From an uncultured Bacteroidales bacterium (GTDB lineage Bacteria; Bacteroidota; Bacteroidia; Bacteroidales; B18-G4), in NCBI GenBank assembly GCA_963753835.1, contig CAVWDP010000003.1:162276-226275 (forward strand): 64,000 bases of DNA. Reading direction: 5' to 3'. Both the position numbers and the translations under genes were made by a program. Below, piece by piece: positions 1-10,351 of this stretch (position 1 is its first letter; the number at the start of each line of letters is the position of its first letter). The notes beneath the pieces are model-generated. The model did not search any database. It was not told the DNA's origin and saw only the letters and a list, made by a program, of their open reading frames with translations.

Positions 1-728
1 TAATAGAGCAGGGCCAGCAACACCAGCACTGTATTCAGGACGCTGATCCTGAAGAAATCAGTAAATGGCCTGAAGTGGCTTACCCTTTCACCCCTTGGTG
101 GGTAATAAACCTCAATGGGTATGGGCATTAGCGGTATTTTACTCCAGGCTGCCCGCACGATGACCTCCACCTCAAACTCAAATCTTCGTGACACAAAATG
201 CATTGCTTCCAGTTTCCCCAGAGGATACAGCCGGAAGCCGCTTTGCGTATCCGGCAATTTAATGCCTGTACACACTGTGTACCAGAAGTTAGAGAATCTT
301 AGTCCGAAATTGCTTTTCTTCGGAGCCCCGGCCTCCTTCATGTTCCTGGATCCAACGATCAGCGTGTCAGGGTTTTCTTCCAGGGCTGACAAAAATACTG
401 GCAGATCGGAAGCAAAATGCTGACCATCGGAATCCATGGTGATTGCATATTGGTAACCCTTCATCCGGGCCCAGCCAAAAGCTTTTTTGAGGGCATAGCC
501 TTTGCCCCTGTTCTTAAAATAAAGCAAGCGGTTAAAGCCGGAATATCCCTTCAGTATTTCAGCTGTAGCGTCGGTAGAGCCATCATCAACGATGATAATC
601 TGATCCGTATAGCCTAAGATGGAATCCAATACTACGGCAAGAGTTTGTTCATTATTGTATGTGGGTACAATAACACAACATTTGTTTTTTTCAAATCTCT
701 TTCGAAGGGTCAGGCTTTCGCTATCCAT
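1..728 (-). CDS. Glycosyltransferase family 2 of the flexirubin/APE cluster (runs off left edge)
   Basis: Not in the ORF track. Manual minus-strand translation from the ATG at 728 gives MDSESLTLRKRFEKNKCCVIVPTYNNEQTL...IIIVDDGSTD...GYQYAITMDSDGQH...DTQSGFRLYP, i.e. GT2 motifs. Confidence 0.85.
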   Translation of the reverse strand, partial: MDSESLTLRKRFEKNKCCVIVPTYNNEQTLAVVLDSILGYTDQIIIVDDGSTDATAEILKGYSGFNRLLYFKNRGKGYALKKAFGWARMKGYQYAITMDSDGQHFASDLPVFLSALEENPDTLIVGSRNMKEAGAPKKSNFGLRFSNFWYTVCTGIKLPDTQSGFRLYPLGKLEAMHFVSRRFEFEVEVIVRAAWSKIPLMPIPIEVYYPPRGERVSHFRPFTDFFRISVLNTVLVLLALLY

Positions 729-746
729 TACATCAGTTTCACAAAA

Positions 747-1220
747 TCATCTTTTTTCCCTCATGATCCTGAATGCAGCACCATCTATCCAATCACAAAG
801 AGCACTGATATCGTCAAAGTCGAGGGCTGCATCACGGTGCAACATCAGATAATTCTGCGGAGGCATGGTACTGTCGCTTACCACTTCACAGACCCCGTCC
901 AGTAGAGCGATCTTTTTCCTAACGGAGAGGGTATCAAACTGGCTGAAATTCAATTCATCTTTCCCATTCCGGATATGTTGATCGATGACCCAGGAAAAAG
1001 GAGCAATATGGGCATACCATGGATAATTGGTATTATTGGAATGGCAGTCGTAACATGATGTTTTGATTGCCGACTGAAGCATCAGTGGAAGATCAGGATT
1101 AACCTCAAGGAAGTCGTGGGGAGATACTTCTTCACTAACATTTTTCTCTACTCGCAGGAATTGAATGAAGAGAAATGATCCCAGCAGGATATACAGACTG
1201 ATGCGTCCTATCTTTTTCAT
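747..1220 (-). CDS. Haem-binding domain protein (mono-haem cytochrome c-like)
   Basis: N-terminal membrane anchor, SCYDCHS haem motif, YPWY and MPP motifs. Confidence 0.85.
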   Translation of the reverse strand: MKKIGRISLYILLGSFLFIQFLRVEKNVSEEVSPHDFLEVNPDLPLMLQSAIKTSCYDCHSNNTNYPWYAHIAPFSWVIDQHIRNGKDELNFSQFDTLSVRKKIALLDGVCEVVSDSTMPPQNYLMLHRDAALDFDDISALCDWIDGAAFRIMREKR

Positions 1221-1232
1221 GACATGGTGTAA

Positions 1233-1637
1233 TTATTCTTCTTCTATGAGTTTGTCTGCTTCTGCATTGGCCCAATCAACGATTGTCTTGATCTCGTCTT
1301 CCGACAGTTCGGTATTGGGTTTATTGGCGATGTATTTTTTTGGTGGCATTTTCTTTTCAGCCACCTCCTCTATGATGCCGTTAAGTTTATTGATCTTTTT
1401 GGTAAGCTTATAACCTGCCCACTTGGAAAAATTCAGGGCTCCTTTTGCTTTTATATTGCCACCATCGCTGGAATGACAGTCAAAACACGAGTTTTGAAGC
1501 AGGGTCACCACCTCCTCCGGCCAGTCAAGCTCAACATCATCTGCAGATGTAATCACCACCGGTGCCGGGCTTTGGGCAGCGATGAATATGAAAATAGATA
1601 AAATAGGAATAATACTGATCAGGATTGATTTTTTCAT
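1233..1637 (-). CDS. Haem-binding domain protein (second paralogue)
   Basis: Likely start MKKSILISII at 1637 (signal peptide, just downstream of a promoter motif); SCFDCHS, LNFS and MPP motifs. Confidence 0.8.
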   Translation of the reverse strand: MKKSILISIIPILSIFIFIAAQSPAPVVITSADDVELDWPEEVVTLLQNSCFDCHSSDGGNIKAKGALNFSKWAGYKLTKKINKLNGIIEEVAEKKMPPKKYIANKPNTELSEDEIKTIVDWANAEADKLIEEE

Positions 1638-1663
1638 AGTGGATAAGTTGTGGTTTATTATAG

Positions 1664-1671
1664 CAAAGGTA
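1664..1671 (-). promoter_or_regulatory. Bacteroidota sigma70 -7 element (TACCTTTG) for the haem-protein genes
   Basis: Matches TAnnTTTG 26 nt upstream of the ATG at 1637. Confidence 0.6.
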
Positions 1672-1677
1672 GTGAAA

Positions 1678-1705
1678 ACATGGCTACATGGTTTCAGTGT
1701 TTCAG
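1678..1705 (-). repeat. Left arm of 28-bp inverted repeat
   Basis: Reverse complement CTGAAACACTGAAACCATGTAGCCATGT matches 2208-2235 at 27/28. Confidence 0.85.
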
Positions 1706-2073
1706 GGTTTCTGGGCTGAAATGGCCTTTGAACTTGAAGAATACTTTTCCTTACCGGAAATACTTGCAATGATTTTGATTCGTGTATTTGATTCCCTATC
1801 GTACGTACCATTGATGTGGACTTCATTATTTTCGCGAGGGTCTATAATGTGCAGGAATTTAATATTGCTGCCAGATGTCAGGCTTATTTCTTTCTCAAAT
1901 ATAATTCTGGCGACCTCCTTCACAATATGGATCAGGCAAACACCAGGTACAAGCGGCTGGCTGGGAAAGTGACCGCTAAAAATGGAGTGGTCAGGATCAA
2001 ATATAATCGTAGCAGTGAATCCATTCCCATCTACTTTCAATCCGCATATATTGTATAAAGACTTCAGGCTCAT
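1694..2073 (-). CDS. 3-hydroxyacyl-ACP dehydratase (FabZ/ApeI-like hotdog); probable frameshift near the 3' end
   Basis: HSIFSGHFPSQPLVPGV motif, NIKFL; an alternative frame gives the plausible end GKVFFKFKGHF. Confidence 0.85.
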
Positions 2074-2207
2074 CAAACAAATATAATAGTTTTGAGGGTT
2101 GAGGGTTGAGTTTTGAGTTAGTTATAAGTGTAAAGGGAGTATTCTGTATATTCTGTATCCCTACCTTACTTAGCCATTTAACCATGTAGCCATGGAACAC
2201 TGTAACA

Positions 2208-2235
2208 CTGAAACACTGAAACTATGTAGCCATGT
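2208..2235 (+). repeat. Right arm of 28-bp inverted repeat, within a 7-8-mer repeat tract (2090-2240)
   Basis: CTGAAACACTGAAACTATGTAGCCATGT. Confidence 0.85.
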
Positions 2236-2246
2236 AACCGGATAAC

Positions 2247-2921
2247 TTATTCAACAAGCTCAAGGCTAAACCGTAAACGAAAACCAGGCTGTTCAATGAG
2301 GATGCTCTCGGGGCTGTTGTTATTACGATCCGGAGAGAGGGTGATTGTAATACGGTCTTTATTAAACAGGCCCCCAATGTTCACGATCTCCTTATATGGC
2401 TCAAATAGGTTTGTACTCGAGGTACCCATCTTTTCCTTTATAGGATTTCATCACGATCATGATTCCAACACCTGCTTCATTCAGGTAGGTTTTTTGTGTA
2501 GTTCCGGCTGGCCGGGCCCGAGCAACATGCTGAAATACTTTTCAAATTTATTCAGCAGCATGTCCTTGTCGAGTGGAGAATAGATATTTCTTACATATAG
2601 GTTGAGCTGATTCTTGTCCCTCAATGTCCTTCAATTCAAAGTCGAAAAAATTTAAGCCCAGCTCACTAAAAAAAGTGACAGCTTATAGCTCCCATCCTCA
2701 AATGCTTTGATCATCATCAGGCCGGAGAATTCACGCCCATTCACTTCCAGTTGCGCCTTATACAAAGCCTTATCGAAGCCGGATGGAAACGGCATAAGCT
2801 CCTCGTATTCAGGATCGCTCATATCAAGCTTTCCACTTTTGCTGAATTGCGACATATAGCATCCCGAAAGGGTCAGCAAAAGACTAAGGTAGATCAAAAA
2901 TATGCTGCGGGATATCTTCAT
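2247..2921 (-). CDS. Hypothetical lipoprotein of the flexirubin cluster (frameshift-split)
   Basis: Lipobox LSGC in ORF 2652-2921; the C-terminal piece is ORF 2247-2429; lies directly after the LolA-like gene. Confidence 0.6.
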
Positions 2922-3540
2922 TCAGTCGTTTATTGATGAATCGGATGCGTGTATAATCTCCTGATCTTTCAATCATATAGAGTTCATCCACCGTATGATC
3001 GTTCTTATTAATGAAGAGTCTTATGGTGCGGAGGAACTCCTTCATATTGGCGTCGAGCGGGGTCAACTCCAGTTTATATGCTGATGTACTTTCAAAATAT
3101 TCAAATTGTGAAATTATCGCTTTCGAGGATGCTTCCATTGACCATGCTGAGCATGATATCATTGATCTCACGGAACATCCTGCCCGAAGCAGCATCATAA
3201 ATATTGGCTTTGTGGTCATCCTGAATAAGGACAGTGTCGTTACTGAAGATGATAAGATAGAAAAATGGTTCGGAATATTCCCAGCGTAGTTTATTTTCTT
3301 TTTGAAAAAAGAACCTGCCCTTGCTTTCTACATCTTCCTCGAGGAAACTCAAATGCTTTAGTTGCTTAAAATCACTGTTAATGTTGTGTGTTGTGGCAGA
3401 GGCGTCAATCATTTTTTCCCTGAATTCGCTGATATTAATAAGGGACGAAAATCGTCCTGAGCCAATACGGACGGAGGAAAAACAAACCATATCGCCAAAA
3501 AAATCATATAGGCAGATGTATGCGGTCTATTTTTTTGCAT
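2884..3540 (-). CDS. LolA-like outer-membrane lipoprotein carrier (frameshift-split)
   Basis: SDFKQLKHLSFL...SKGRFFFQKENKLRWEY...ERSGDYTRIRF across ORFs 3101-3490 and 2884-3219; signal peptide from the ATG at 3540. Confidence 0.8.
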
Positions 3541-3962
3541 CGTTCACCAGTTTGATATTTATTTCCTGCTTATTGGAAAAATCAATCTTTGAATTTTTGA
3601 ATTTAGGCGGACCAAACCTCCCACGTGCATCATTCGAAAAGCCATAGGGTTCCCGGGGAAACCCCAATCCGCTGGTGTCAAGTTCTCCATTCCCGTTCAG
3701 ATCCTGGAAGACTGAAATGGCATATACCCCATCAGGGATTCCATCAAAAACGATGGTTTGAGATGTTGCATTTATGGGGATCGATCTTCTTAAAAGCTGT
3801 TTTTTCAATATCCATATATGAATCCTCATTATCGTAAATTGCGATGTACAACTCACCCTCAACAGGATAGATGTTGCTAATGGTAATGCTCAGTTCTCCC
3901 GGTACCGGTGTAAACCAGTAAGCAGTAGCCAGCAGCCAGAAGCCAAATAATAAAGTCTTCAT
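3527..3962 (-). CDS. DUF2141 family protein (frameshift-split)
   Basis: GELYIAIY...GVYAISVFQDLNGNGELDT..GFPREPYGFSN...FGPPKF. Confidence 0.85.
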
Positions 3963-4670
3963 TTATCTATAAGCTTTTATATTCAACAATACATCCGGTG
4001 ATACAAATTCATATCCTTCGTCAGTAGCTTTTTTGATCACCTCTTCGAGGATAGGGATGATCCGCTCATGATTATCGTGAAACAGGATCACACCACCTGG
4101 TTTTAGACGCTTTACTACACGATTTATTATCCGGTTATTACTTTTGTTAACAGTGTCAAGTGAGCGAATACTCCATCCGATGACACTGTATTCCAATAAT
4201 CGTGCAGCCTTTGCAATATTCGGATTAGTAACACCGAATGGTGGCCTGAAAAGTCTTGTTTTTTTTCCGCTGATACGCTCGATCAGGCTTTCGTTTTTGC
4301 GTAGATCAGCAGTGATTTTCCTACTTCCCCAGAATCCAAAGTTGTTAGCATGGGAATAGGAATGACTTCCCAAAATATGTCCTTCTTCCGAAATTTGGCG
4401 GGCGATTTCTTCGTTTTGTTCGATGTTTTCTCCTATCAAAAAAAAGCCAGCTTTAATATGATGGGCTTTCAGCATATCGAGAACCTTCGGGGTGATGGTG
4501 GCATGCGGGCCATCGTCAAAAGTGAGAGCAAGTTTTTTTTTAGATGTATTTGCTCTGCAATGTGCCCTGATGTACAATCCTGCGCAAATATTAAATGAAC
4601 CCCAGGCAAGTATAGAGATCAACAACAGACTGATGATGATAAGCAAAGACGGAATCATGTAGACTAACAT
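3963..4670 (-). CDS. Polysaccharide deacetylase (NodB/CE4)
   Basis: LTFDDGP, HSYSH, FRPPFG and ILFHD motifs. Confidence 0.92.
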   Translation of the reverse strand: MLVYMIPSLLIIISLLLISILAWGSFNICAGLYIRAHCRANTSKKKLALTFDDGPHATITPKVLDMLKAHHIKAGFFLIGENIEQNEEIARQISEEGHILGSHSYSHANNFGFWGSRKITADLRKNESLIERISGKKTRLFRPPFGVTNPNIAKAARLLEYSVIGWSIRSLDTVNKSNNRIINRVVKRLKPGGVILFHDNHERIIPILEEVIKKATDEGYEFVSPDVLLNIKAYR

Positions 4671-5734
4671 GCCGAAAGGAGAATTAATGCGTGATTGGTA
4701 TTATTGGCCTGGTTATATATCAGGATATTCCTGAAATGTAGTGGAGCCTGCTGTTCATCCGGGAGAATACTTTCGGGGTATTGTTGTGTTTTCAGGATCA
4801 TGGCTCCCAGCCAGGCTGCAAAGGCCGATGAGGTATAATACTCCCCGCAAAGGTGTTTATAGTAATGCAGAAGGGGTATCTTTGAACAGTTTTTTCTGAA
4901 TTCTCCTGTAAACTTCATCCCCTTCAGGATCGCCATTCATTCCAGTGATCAGCAGGTCAATATCTTTTAATGCCAACCCATGGGAGGAGATAAAGGATTG
5001 AATAAATTCAAGCGTTTCCTCATCAGTCTCAGGCTTGTAAAAAGTGTTGACCCCCATAAAACGCGCATAATTTTCAGGATGGCTTTTTCCGGTAACCATA
5101 AAAAATGCAGCGCCTTCCCCGGCGATGGAGCCCTTCCCTTCATGCTTGAGCAGGTCAGTATTTCTCCGAGACTCCCTTTTTCCAGAATCCAGCATTTTCG
5201 GTAATGGTGAAGTAAGCATCTGTCAGTTCATCGATACCTGAAAGCAGGATCTTCTCATCCGGATTTTCCTCTATGCGGATCATGCTGTCGAGCAGGGCGC
5301 TTTCAAACGAAAGGTTCTCATTTACATAGGTGAGATTATAATTATTGCATTTCAGCATCACTGCAATATGTGCACCTACTGTATTATGTGTTGATTGTAT
5401 AAAGGAAGTCGGGGTGAGGAATTTTTCATCATTGTCGAGGATGGAGGTCAGGAATTTCTCCGTGTCCTGCATCATCCCCAGTCCTGTTCCAGCAATGATG
5501 GCATCGGGGACCTCAACTCCTGCATCGCGCAGGCATTTTCCGGCTGCGGCAACACCCATTTTCAGCGTGCGGCTCATGCGCCGCATTTGTATTGGCTTGA
5601 TGAACTCCTTATAATCAGGTTCGATACATTTCAGCCGATTGCCCTCATACAGTGACCATTTCTCCCGGAAAATCAGCCTTATCCCAGCTGTTCTGCGGTG
5701 AAATATTTCCTATGCCCCTGATATATGCTTTCAT
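4664..5734 (-). CDS. Beta-ketoacyl synthase chain-length-factor-like protein (frameshift-split)
   Basis: MKAYIRGIGNISPQ, RRMSRTLKMG, PTSFIQSTHNTV, GEGAAFF, YKHLCGEY spread over several frames. Confidence 0.85.
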
Positions 5735-5774
5735 TTTATTTCTGGATATTTTCTCTGCACCCGGTATCTGGCAT

Positions 5775-6981
5775 TTATTCATATTTTGACAAAACAAACT
5801 TGAATCATTCCCCCCAAAACCAAAGGAGTTGGTGATCACATGATTGATCTCCGGCCTTCTTTCAATTCAGTTACGGGTTCAAAACTCAGTTCTTCAATCT
5901 TTTTTGTAAAGTTCAGGTTTGGAAACAGAAGCTGTTCCCTGATGGCCAGGATGGAAAAAATGTTTCCACTACCCCTGCTGCTGCCAGGGTATGGCCGGTA
6001 TAGGGTTTTGTGGATGAAACGGGGGGAATATTCCTTCCCAAAAATCCTTTCAATTGCCAGCCCTTCAGTCAGATCATTGTTGTCCGTGCCTGTGCCATGG
6101 GCATTGATATAATTGATCTCAGCGGGCTAAGCCCACTCATGTCAAGGGCTTCCTTCATCGAAAGATATGGCCCATAATCCATCAGGAGAGCTGGCTGTTT
6201 GATGATAGGCATCATTGGCATTTGCATAGCCACTGATCTCACAAAAGATCTCTTTATTATGTTTTTTGGCCTCTTTTTCCGACTCAAGGACGATATATGC
6301 TGCACCTTCCCCAAGTATTCAGCCCTGTACGGCTGGCATCCATTGGCCGGCAATGTTCCTTGTCGAGAATCATCAGTGTATTAAAACCATTCAGGGTGAA
6401 TTTCGACAATGCATCAGTTCCTCCGGCAATCACCCTGTCGGCCAGGCCATGTTTGATCAGCTTAGCACCAAGCAATATCGCATTTAAAGAAGATGAACAG
6501 GCTGTGCTGATGGTTGTATTCATATGCCGCAGCCCAAGATGATCACAGATCTTCATGGTGCTGTCGCTGCAATTGTGGGTGTCGACAAGGTGGGAATAGT
6601 GTTATTGGCCAGATAATCGCTGTAATACTTTTCGGTTTTATCCATTCCTCCCACTGTGGTTGAAGAGACAACGGCTGTTCTTGTGTTGTCGGTAATCCCA
6701 TATCGTGCCAATGCCTGCATTCAAAGGCCTGCTGTGCTGCGATCAGCCCCAGTAATGCAGTGCGGTGTAAAAGCTTCGGAATTTTTGATCCCTGCCATTG
6801 CAGCCAGCTCATCGTTGCTGAACTTGATCTCTGCGGCAGGCAAGTTCTCCCTTAGGGAGGTTTCGAGATGGGTAAGTGGCCCGACACCATGCTTGCGGTT
6901 TTTTAGGGAATCGAGATTTTCCGCAACATCGTTTCCAATGGCGGTGATCATCCCCATGCCCGTAACCACAACCTTGCTCAT
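5775..6981 (-). CDS. Beta-ketoacyl-ACP synthase (FabF-like APE KS; several frameshifts)
   Basis: VVVTGMG, ISTACSSS (catalytic Cys), YINAHGTGT, STKPYTGHT, NSFGFGG. Confidence 0.88.
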
Positions 6982-6985
6982 GGGA

Positions 6986-7240
6986 TTATTTTTGGTTTTC
7001 GGTGATAAATTCAGCCATGGTCCTTACCGAAAAGAAGATTTTACGACCATCTTTCGGATCTTCTATCTTAATTCCGTAGTTTTTCTCCAGAAGGACGATG
7101 AGTTCAAGTGCATCGATGGAATCAAGCCCCAGGCCTTCACCAAAGAGAGGGTCATCGGTATCAATATCGTCCGGTTCCATCTCTTCCAGGTTCAGCACCT
7201 CAATGATCTCTACTTTCAGCTTTTGAATTAATTCTTCCAT
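6986..7240 (-). CDS. Acyl carrier protein
   Basis: LFGEGLGLDSIDALEL phosphopantetheine motif. Confidence 0.95.
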   Translation of the reverse strand: MEELIQKLKVEIIEVLNLEEMEPDDIDTDDPLFGEGLGLDSIDALELIVLLEKNYGIKIEDPKDGRKIFFSVRTMAEFITENQK

Positions 7241-7280
7241 TATAGTTCTTGTTTATAAATTTCAAAGAGATTTGAAGGCT

Positions 7281-7288
7281 CAAAGATA
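7281..7288 (-). promoter_or_regulatory. -7 promoter element (TATCTTTG) upstream of ACP
   Basis: TAnnTTTG consensus in an intergenic gap. Confidence 0.55.
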
Positions 7289-7319
7289 ATATCTTCAGAT
7301 AACTTTTGGCTTCATTTGA

Positions 7320-7891
7320 TCAGTCATCCCTTTCTACTAAAAACAAGAGCGATTCATAATTGTTCTCATATTGTTCTACCCAGCCACAAATGCAACAATC
7401 AAGCGAGCCAGTTGCTAAATGCCAGATCATTATATTAAAGATCAATCTGGCATCAAAATCCTTACTGATCAAAACAGTATTTTCACCACGAAATTTATGC
7501 CTGATGGCGGCTTCCCCTGCCATAATATTTGGAAGAGTATACACAAAATTAGAGGGGCTTGGAAAGTACTTTCCTCGGTCACGAATGGTATCCTGATGCT
7601 TTTCATCTACTTCAAGTGATGAGCTGGCATTGGTCAAAATAAGCCCTGTTTTTTCAATGGGATGCCTGCCAGCGATATCCTCTCCTTTCAGCAGTACCTC
7701 CACCGACATAAACCCCAGCTTACTGAGCGGATCCATCTTGAAAAACTTCGGGTAGTCGGTATCAAAATGCCGGTATGCTGCCCGGATAAAATTTTTAAAC
7801 CCATCCTGTCCTGCATCATCGAATACAATGTGCCATTCACCCTGATGTGTGTGCCGGAGATTGAGCAATATTTTTTAATTAGCAGCGGCAT
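7320..7891 (-). CDS. Truncated KS-like protein (3-oxoacyl-ACP synthase N-terminal-like); 5' frameshift
   Basis: YPKFFKMDPLSKLGF and FPSPSNFVYTLPNI motifs; start MPLLIKKYCSI at 7891. Confidence 0.8.
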
Positions 7892-7892
7892 A

Positions 7893-9044
7893 TTATTTTT
7901 TTTGAAACACCACAGCAGCATTGCTGCCCCCAAATCCAGAAGCTGTTTTCAGGCAGTTGCTGATCTCTTTTTCTTCGTGTTTACGGATGATATTGATATT
8001 GGTAGATACGCCATGTTCCTCGTATCCCGCGGAGCGGAAAAGCATATTTCGTTTCATTGATTGCAGGGAGGTAGCTGCTTCGATCACACCGGCAGCACCC
8101 AGGGTATGCCCGAAGTAAGCTTTATAACTATTCATCGGGACTGCTTCCAGCCCGGCCCTGCTGAATGCCTTGGCTTCCATTTCGTCATTATAGTCAGTGG
8201 CCGTACCATGTGCCGAGATGCTTTCAATTTCTGTGTGAGCAATGTCGGCCAGATGCATCGCATGTTTTATTGCCAGGAAAAGACCTTCGCCGGTTCTTGA
8301 TGGTCCTGAAATATGGTTGGCGTCATTGCTGCCTGCACCCCCAAGTACTTTCATGGGCGTTTCATGAAATTTAGAGGATTCTGATGTCAGGATAATCGTT
8401 CCACAACCTTCTCCTAAGCTTAGTCCATCCCTGCTTTTGTCGAATGGCTTACAGGCTTTCTCACTGAGTGATTGAAAGGACTGAAACCCGGAAACAATAA
8501 ATTCCGACATCAGGTCTCCGCCGCTCACCACTATATTTTTGTATCGCCCTGATCTGATCAGACGCTCACCGTAAACAATGCCCAGAACACCGGATATACA
8601 GGCATTGGAAACGATCAAAGCAGGATTAGGATTTTTGAAATGTCCGCTGATCATTTTCGCCATTTCGTGCAGGAAAACCCTCCTTTTCCCGAATTTCTCC
8701 TGTTGTGCATGGTCCAGGAGATCGATATTACCCTTGGTGGTTGTAATAATAAAAAGCGTATCGTGAGAGCTAACATCCAGATCGACATGATCCAGGGCCT
8801 CCGCTATGGACAGGATAAACATCCTTTCCATCTGTGTATAGGGATCCTGTTTGAGGATCTTGTGAAAACGATCTGTAAGCAATCCATAATCGATCCTAGA
8901 AAGAGGAAGCGGAAGAGGGGAATAGATCCCACTATCATCAATGGCAATACCGCTATTACCCTTGAGGATATTGCTGATGTTTTCATCAACAGTAAGTCCC
9001 AAAGGTGAGATGATATTTTCCGCTCCGGCAAAAACCGATTTCAT
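7893..9044 (-). CDS. Beta-ketoacyl synthase
   Basis: SNACISG, HGTAT, GHTLGAAG, SGFGG. Confidence 0.92.
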   Translation of the reverse strand: MKSVFAGAENIISPLGLTVDENISNILKGNSGIAIDDSGIYSPLPLPLSRIDYGLLTDRFHKILKQDPYTQMERMFILSIAEALDHVDLDVSSHDTLFIITTTKGNIDLLDHAQQEKFGKRRVFLHEMAKMISGHFKNPNPALIVSNACISGVLGIVYGERLIRSGRYKNIVVSGGDLMSEFIVSGFQSFQSLSEKACKPFDKSRDGLSLGEGCGTIILTSESSKFHETPMKVLGGAGSNDANHISGPSRTGEGLFLAIKHAMHLADIAHTEIESISAHGTATDYNDEMEAKAFSRAGLEAVPMNSYKAYFGHTLGAAGVIEAATSLQSMKRNMLFRSAGYEEHGVSTNINIIRKHEEKEISNCLKTASGFGGSNAAVVFQKK

Positions 9045-9075
9045 GGCACTGCGAAAATAGCAATTTTAAGGATGA

Positions 9076-10350
9076 TTAATTCTTCTTGAGCTGCAAGAAA
9101 TATAATGCCACTGCCATTGAAACCAGGGAAAAGGCAGTGAGCAGGGCTACCCACGGCAGGATGTCGATGATTCCTCCTCCTCTAAGGAATATAGAATAGA
9201 ATCCTTCAAGACCCCAGTTCAGCGGAGAGATCACGCTTATTTTCTGCATGATGGGGGGCATCATAAAAACCGGGACCCAGATTCCTCCCAGTGCGGCAAA
9301 GATGATCACCGATACGGAGCCAAATGCAGCCGCTTGCTCCGGTGTATTTGCGATAGAGCCAAGCGCCATACCATAACCAGTAGCGGCAAGACCGGTAGCG
9401 ATGATCATCACAAGAAGAGCAAGGACATGGTCTCCAAGTTCAAGCAATGGCAATCCGAATAAAGGCAGAATCAAAACGCCAACCAGTAACATCAGCACAA
9501 ACTGTATGATACTGATGACAAGATACACGATGATCTTGGCACCAATGGTGACCATATAAGAGCCGGGCATCAGTCTGATGCGCAGCATGCTGCCGGTTTT
9601 TCTTTCCTTGATGATGTTTGCTGTCAGGGGGATCAGGATAAAAAACATGGCAAAAACAGCCCATGCAGGGACATTGTGCTGCACTGAGTTTGGAATGATC
9701 TCCGTACGCCTGTTTAAAGCATCCCGTTCTTCAATCCGTATAATTCCGCTGGGATCGTATTCGAGTGTGGTTTCAGCGTCAAGTATGTCAGAAACCTTTT
9801 CGGCAAAGAGTTTAAATACCATTTTCGATTCAACTCCATATGTTAATTTTGAAAGGGCCATACGAACTGTTTCCCGGAAAGATTGCTTGATCACAGGATC
9901 AAAATACAGGATTAGCATGGATGCTTCAAAGTCAGATTCGACTACGGTGGATTCGTTATCCTCGAAAGCTTTTTCGACCAGATAGGCTGCTTTATTTCTA
10001 AGCGTTTCAGTTGCTCCTGCAGGAACAATGATACCGATCTGGTATTTGCCTTCACTCACCAGGCTGATCATGGCATCCCGGTCAAGCATTTTCCCATTGT
10101 ATTCTTTTTCTAGCAAGATCATTTCTGAATTGATCAGGCCTTGCTCAATAAACAGTCCAACGGAGTCCAGGTCATCATCGATAAACAGCACCGACAAGCT
10201 TGTTTCATCCAGCTTGCGAAAGGTGCTGTCCTGAATGAGGGCCATTACAAAGATCAGCACCATGGGCATGATGAAAATAATGGCAAGCCCACCCAGATCC
10301 CGGATCAGGATGAGTACCTCTTTCATAATGGATGCGCCCAATTTATGCAT
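9076..10350 (-). CDS. ABC-2 type transporter permease
   Basis: PNSVQHNVPAW, IIKERKTG, LGGIWVP; multiple TM helices. Confidence 0.92.
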   Translation of the reverse strand: MHKLGASIMKEVLILIRDLGGLAIIFIMPMVLIFVMALIQDSTFRKLDETSLSVLFIDDDLDSVGLFIEQGLINSEMILLEKEYNGKMLDRDAMISLVSEGKYQIGIIVPAGATETLRNKAAYLVEKAFEDNESTVVESDFEASMLILYFDPVIKQSFRETVRMALSKLTYGVESKMVFKLFAEKVSDILDAETTLEYDPSGIIRIEERDALNRRTEIIPNSVQHNVPAWAVFAMFFILIPLTANIIKERKTGSMLRIRLMPGSYMVTIGAKIIVYLVISIIQFVLMLLVGVLILPLFGLPLLELGDHVLALLVMIIATGLAATGYGMALGSIANTPEQAAAFGSVSVIIFAALGGIWVPVFMMPPIMQKISVISPLNWGLEGFYSIFLRGGGIIDILPWVALLTAFSLVSMAVALYFLQLKKN

Positions 10351-10351
10351 A

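Noticed and set aside
1638-1826. Long N-terminus of the second haem protein
   Set aside because: Overlaps the dehydratase in another frame; promoter motif and signal peptide point to 1637
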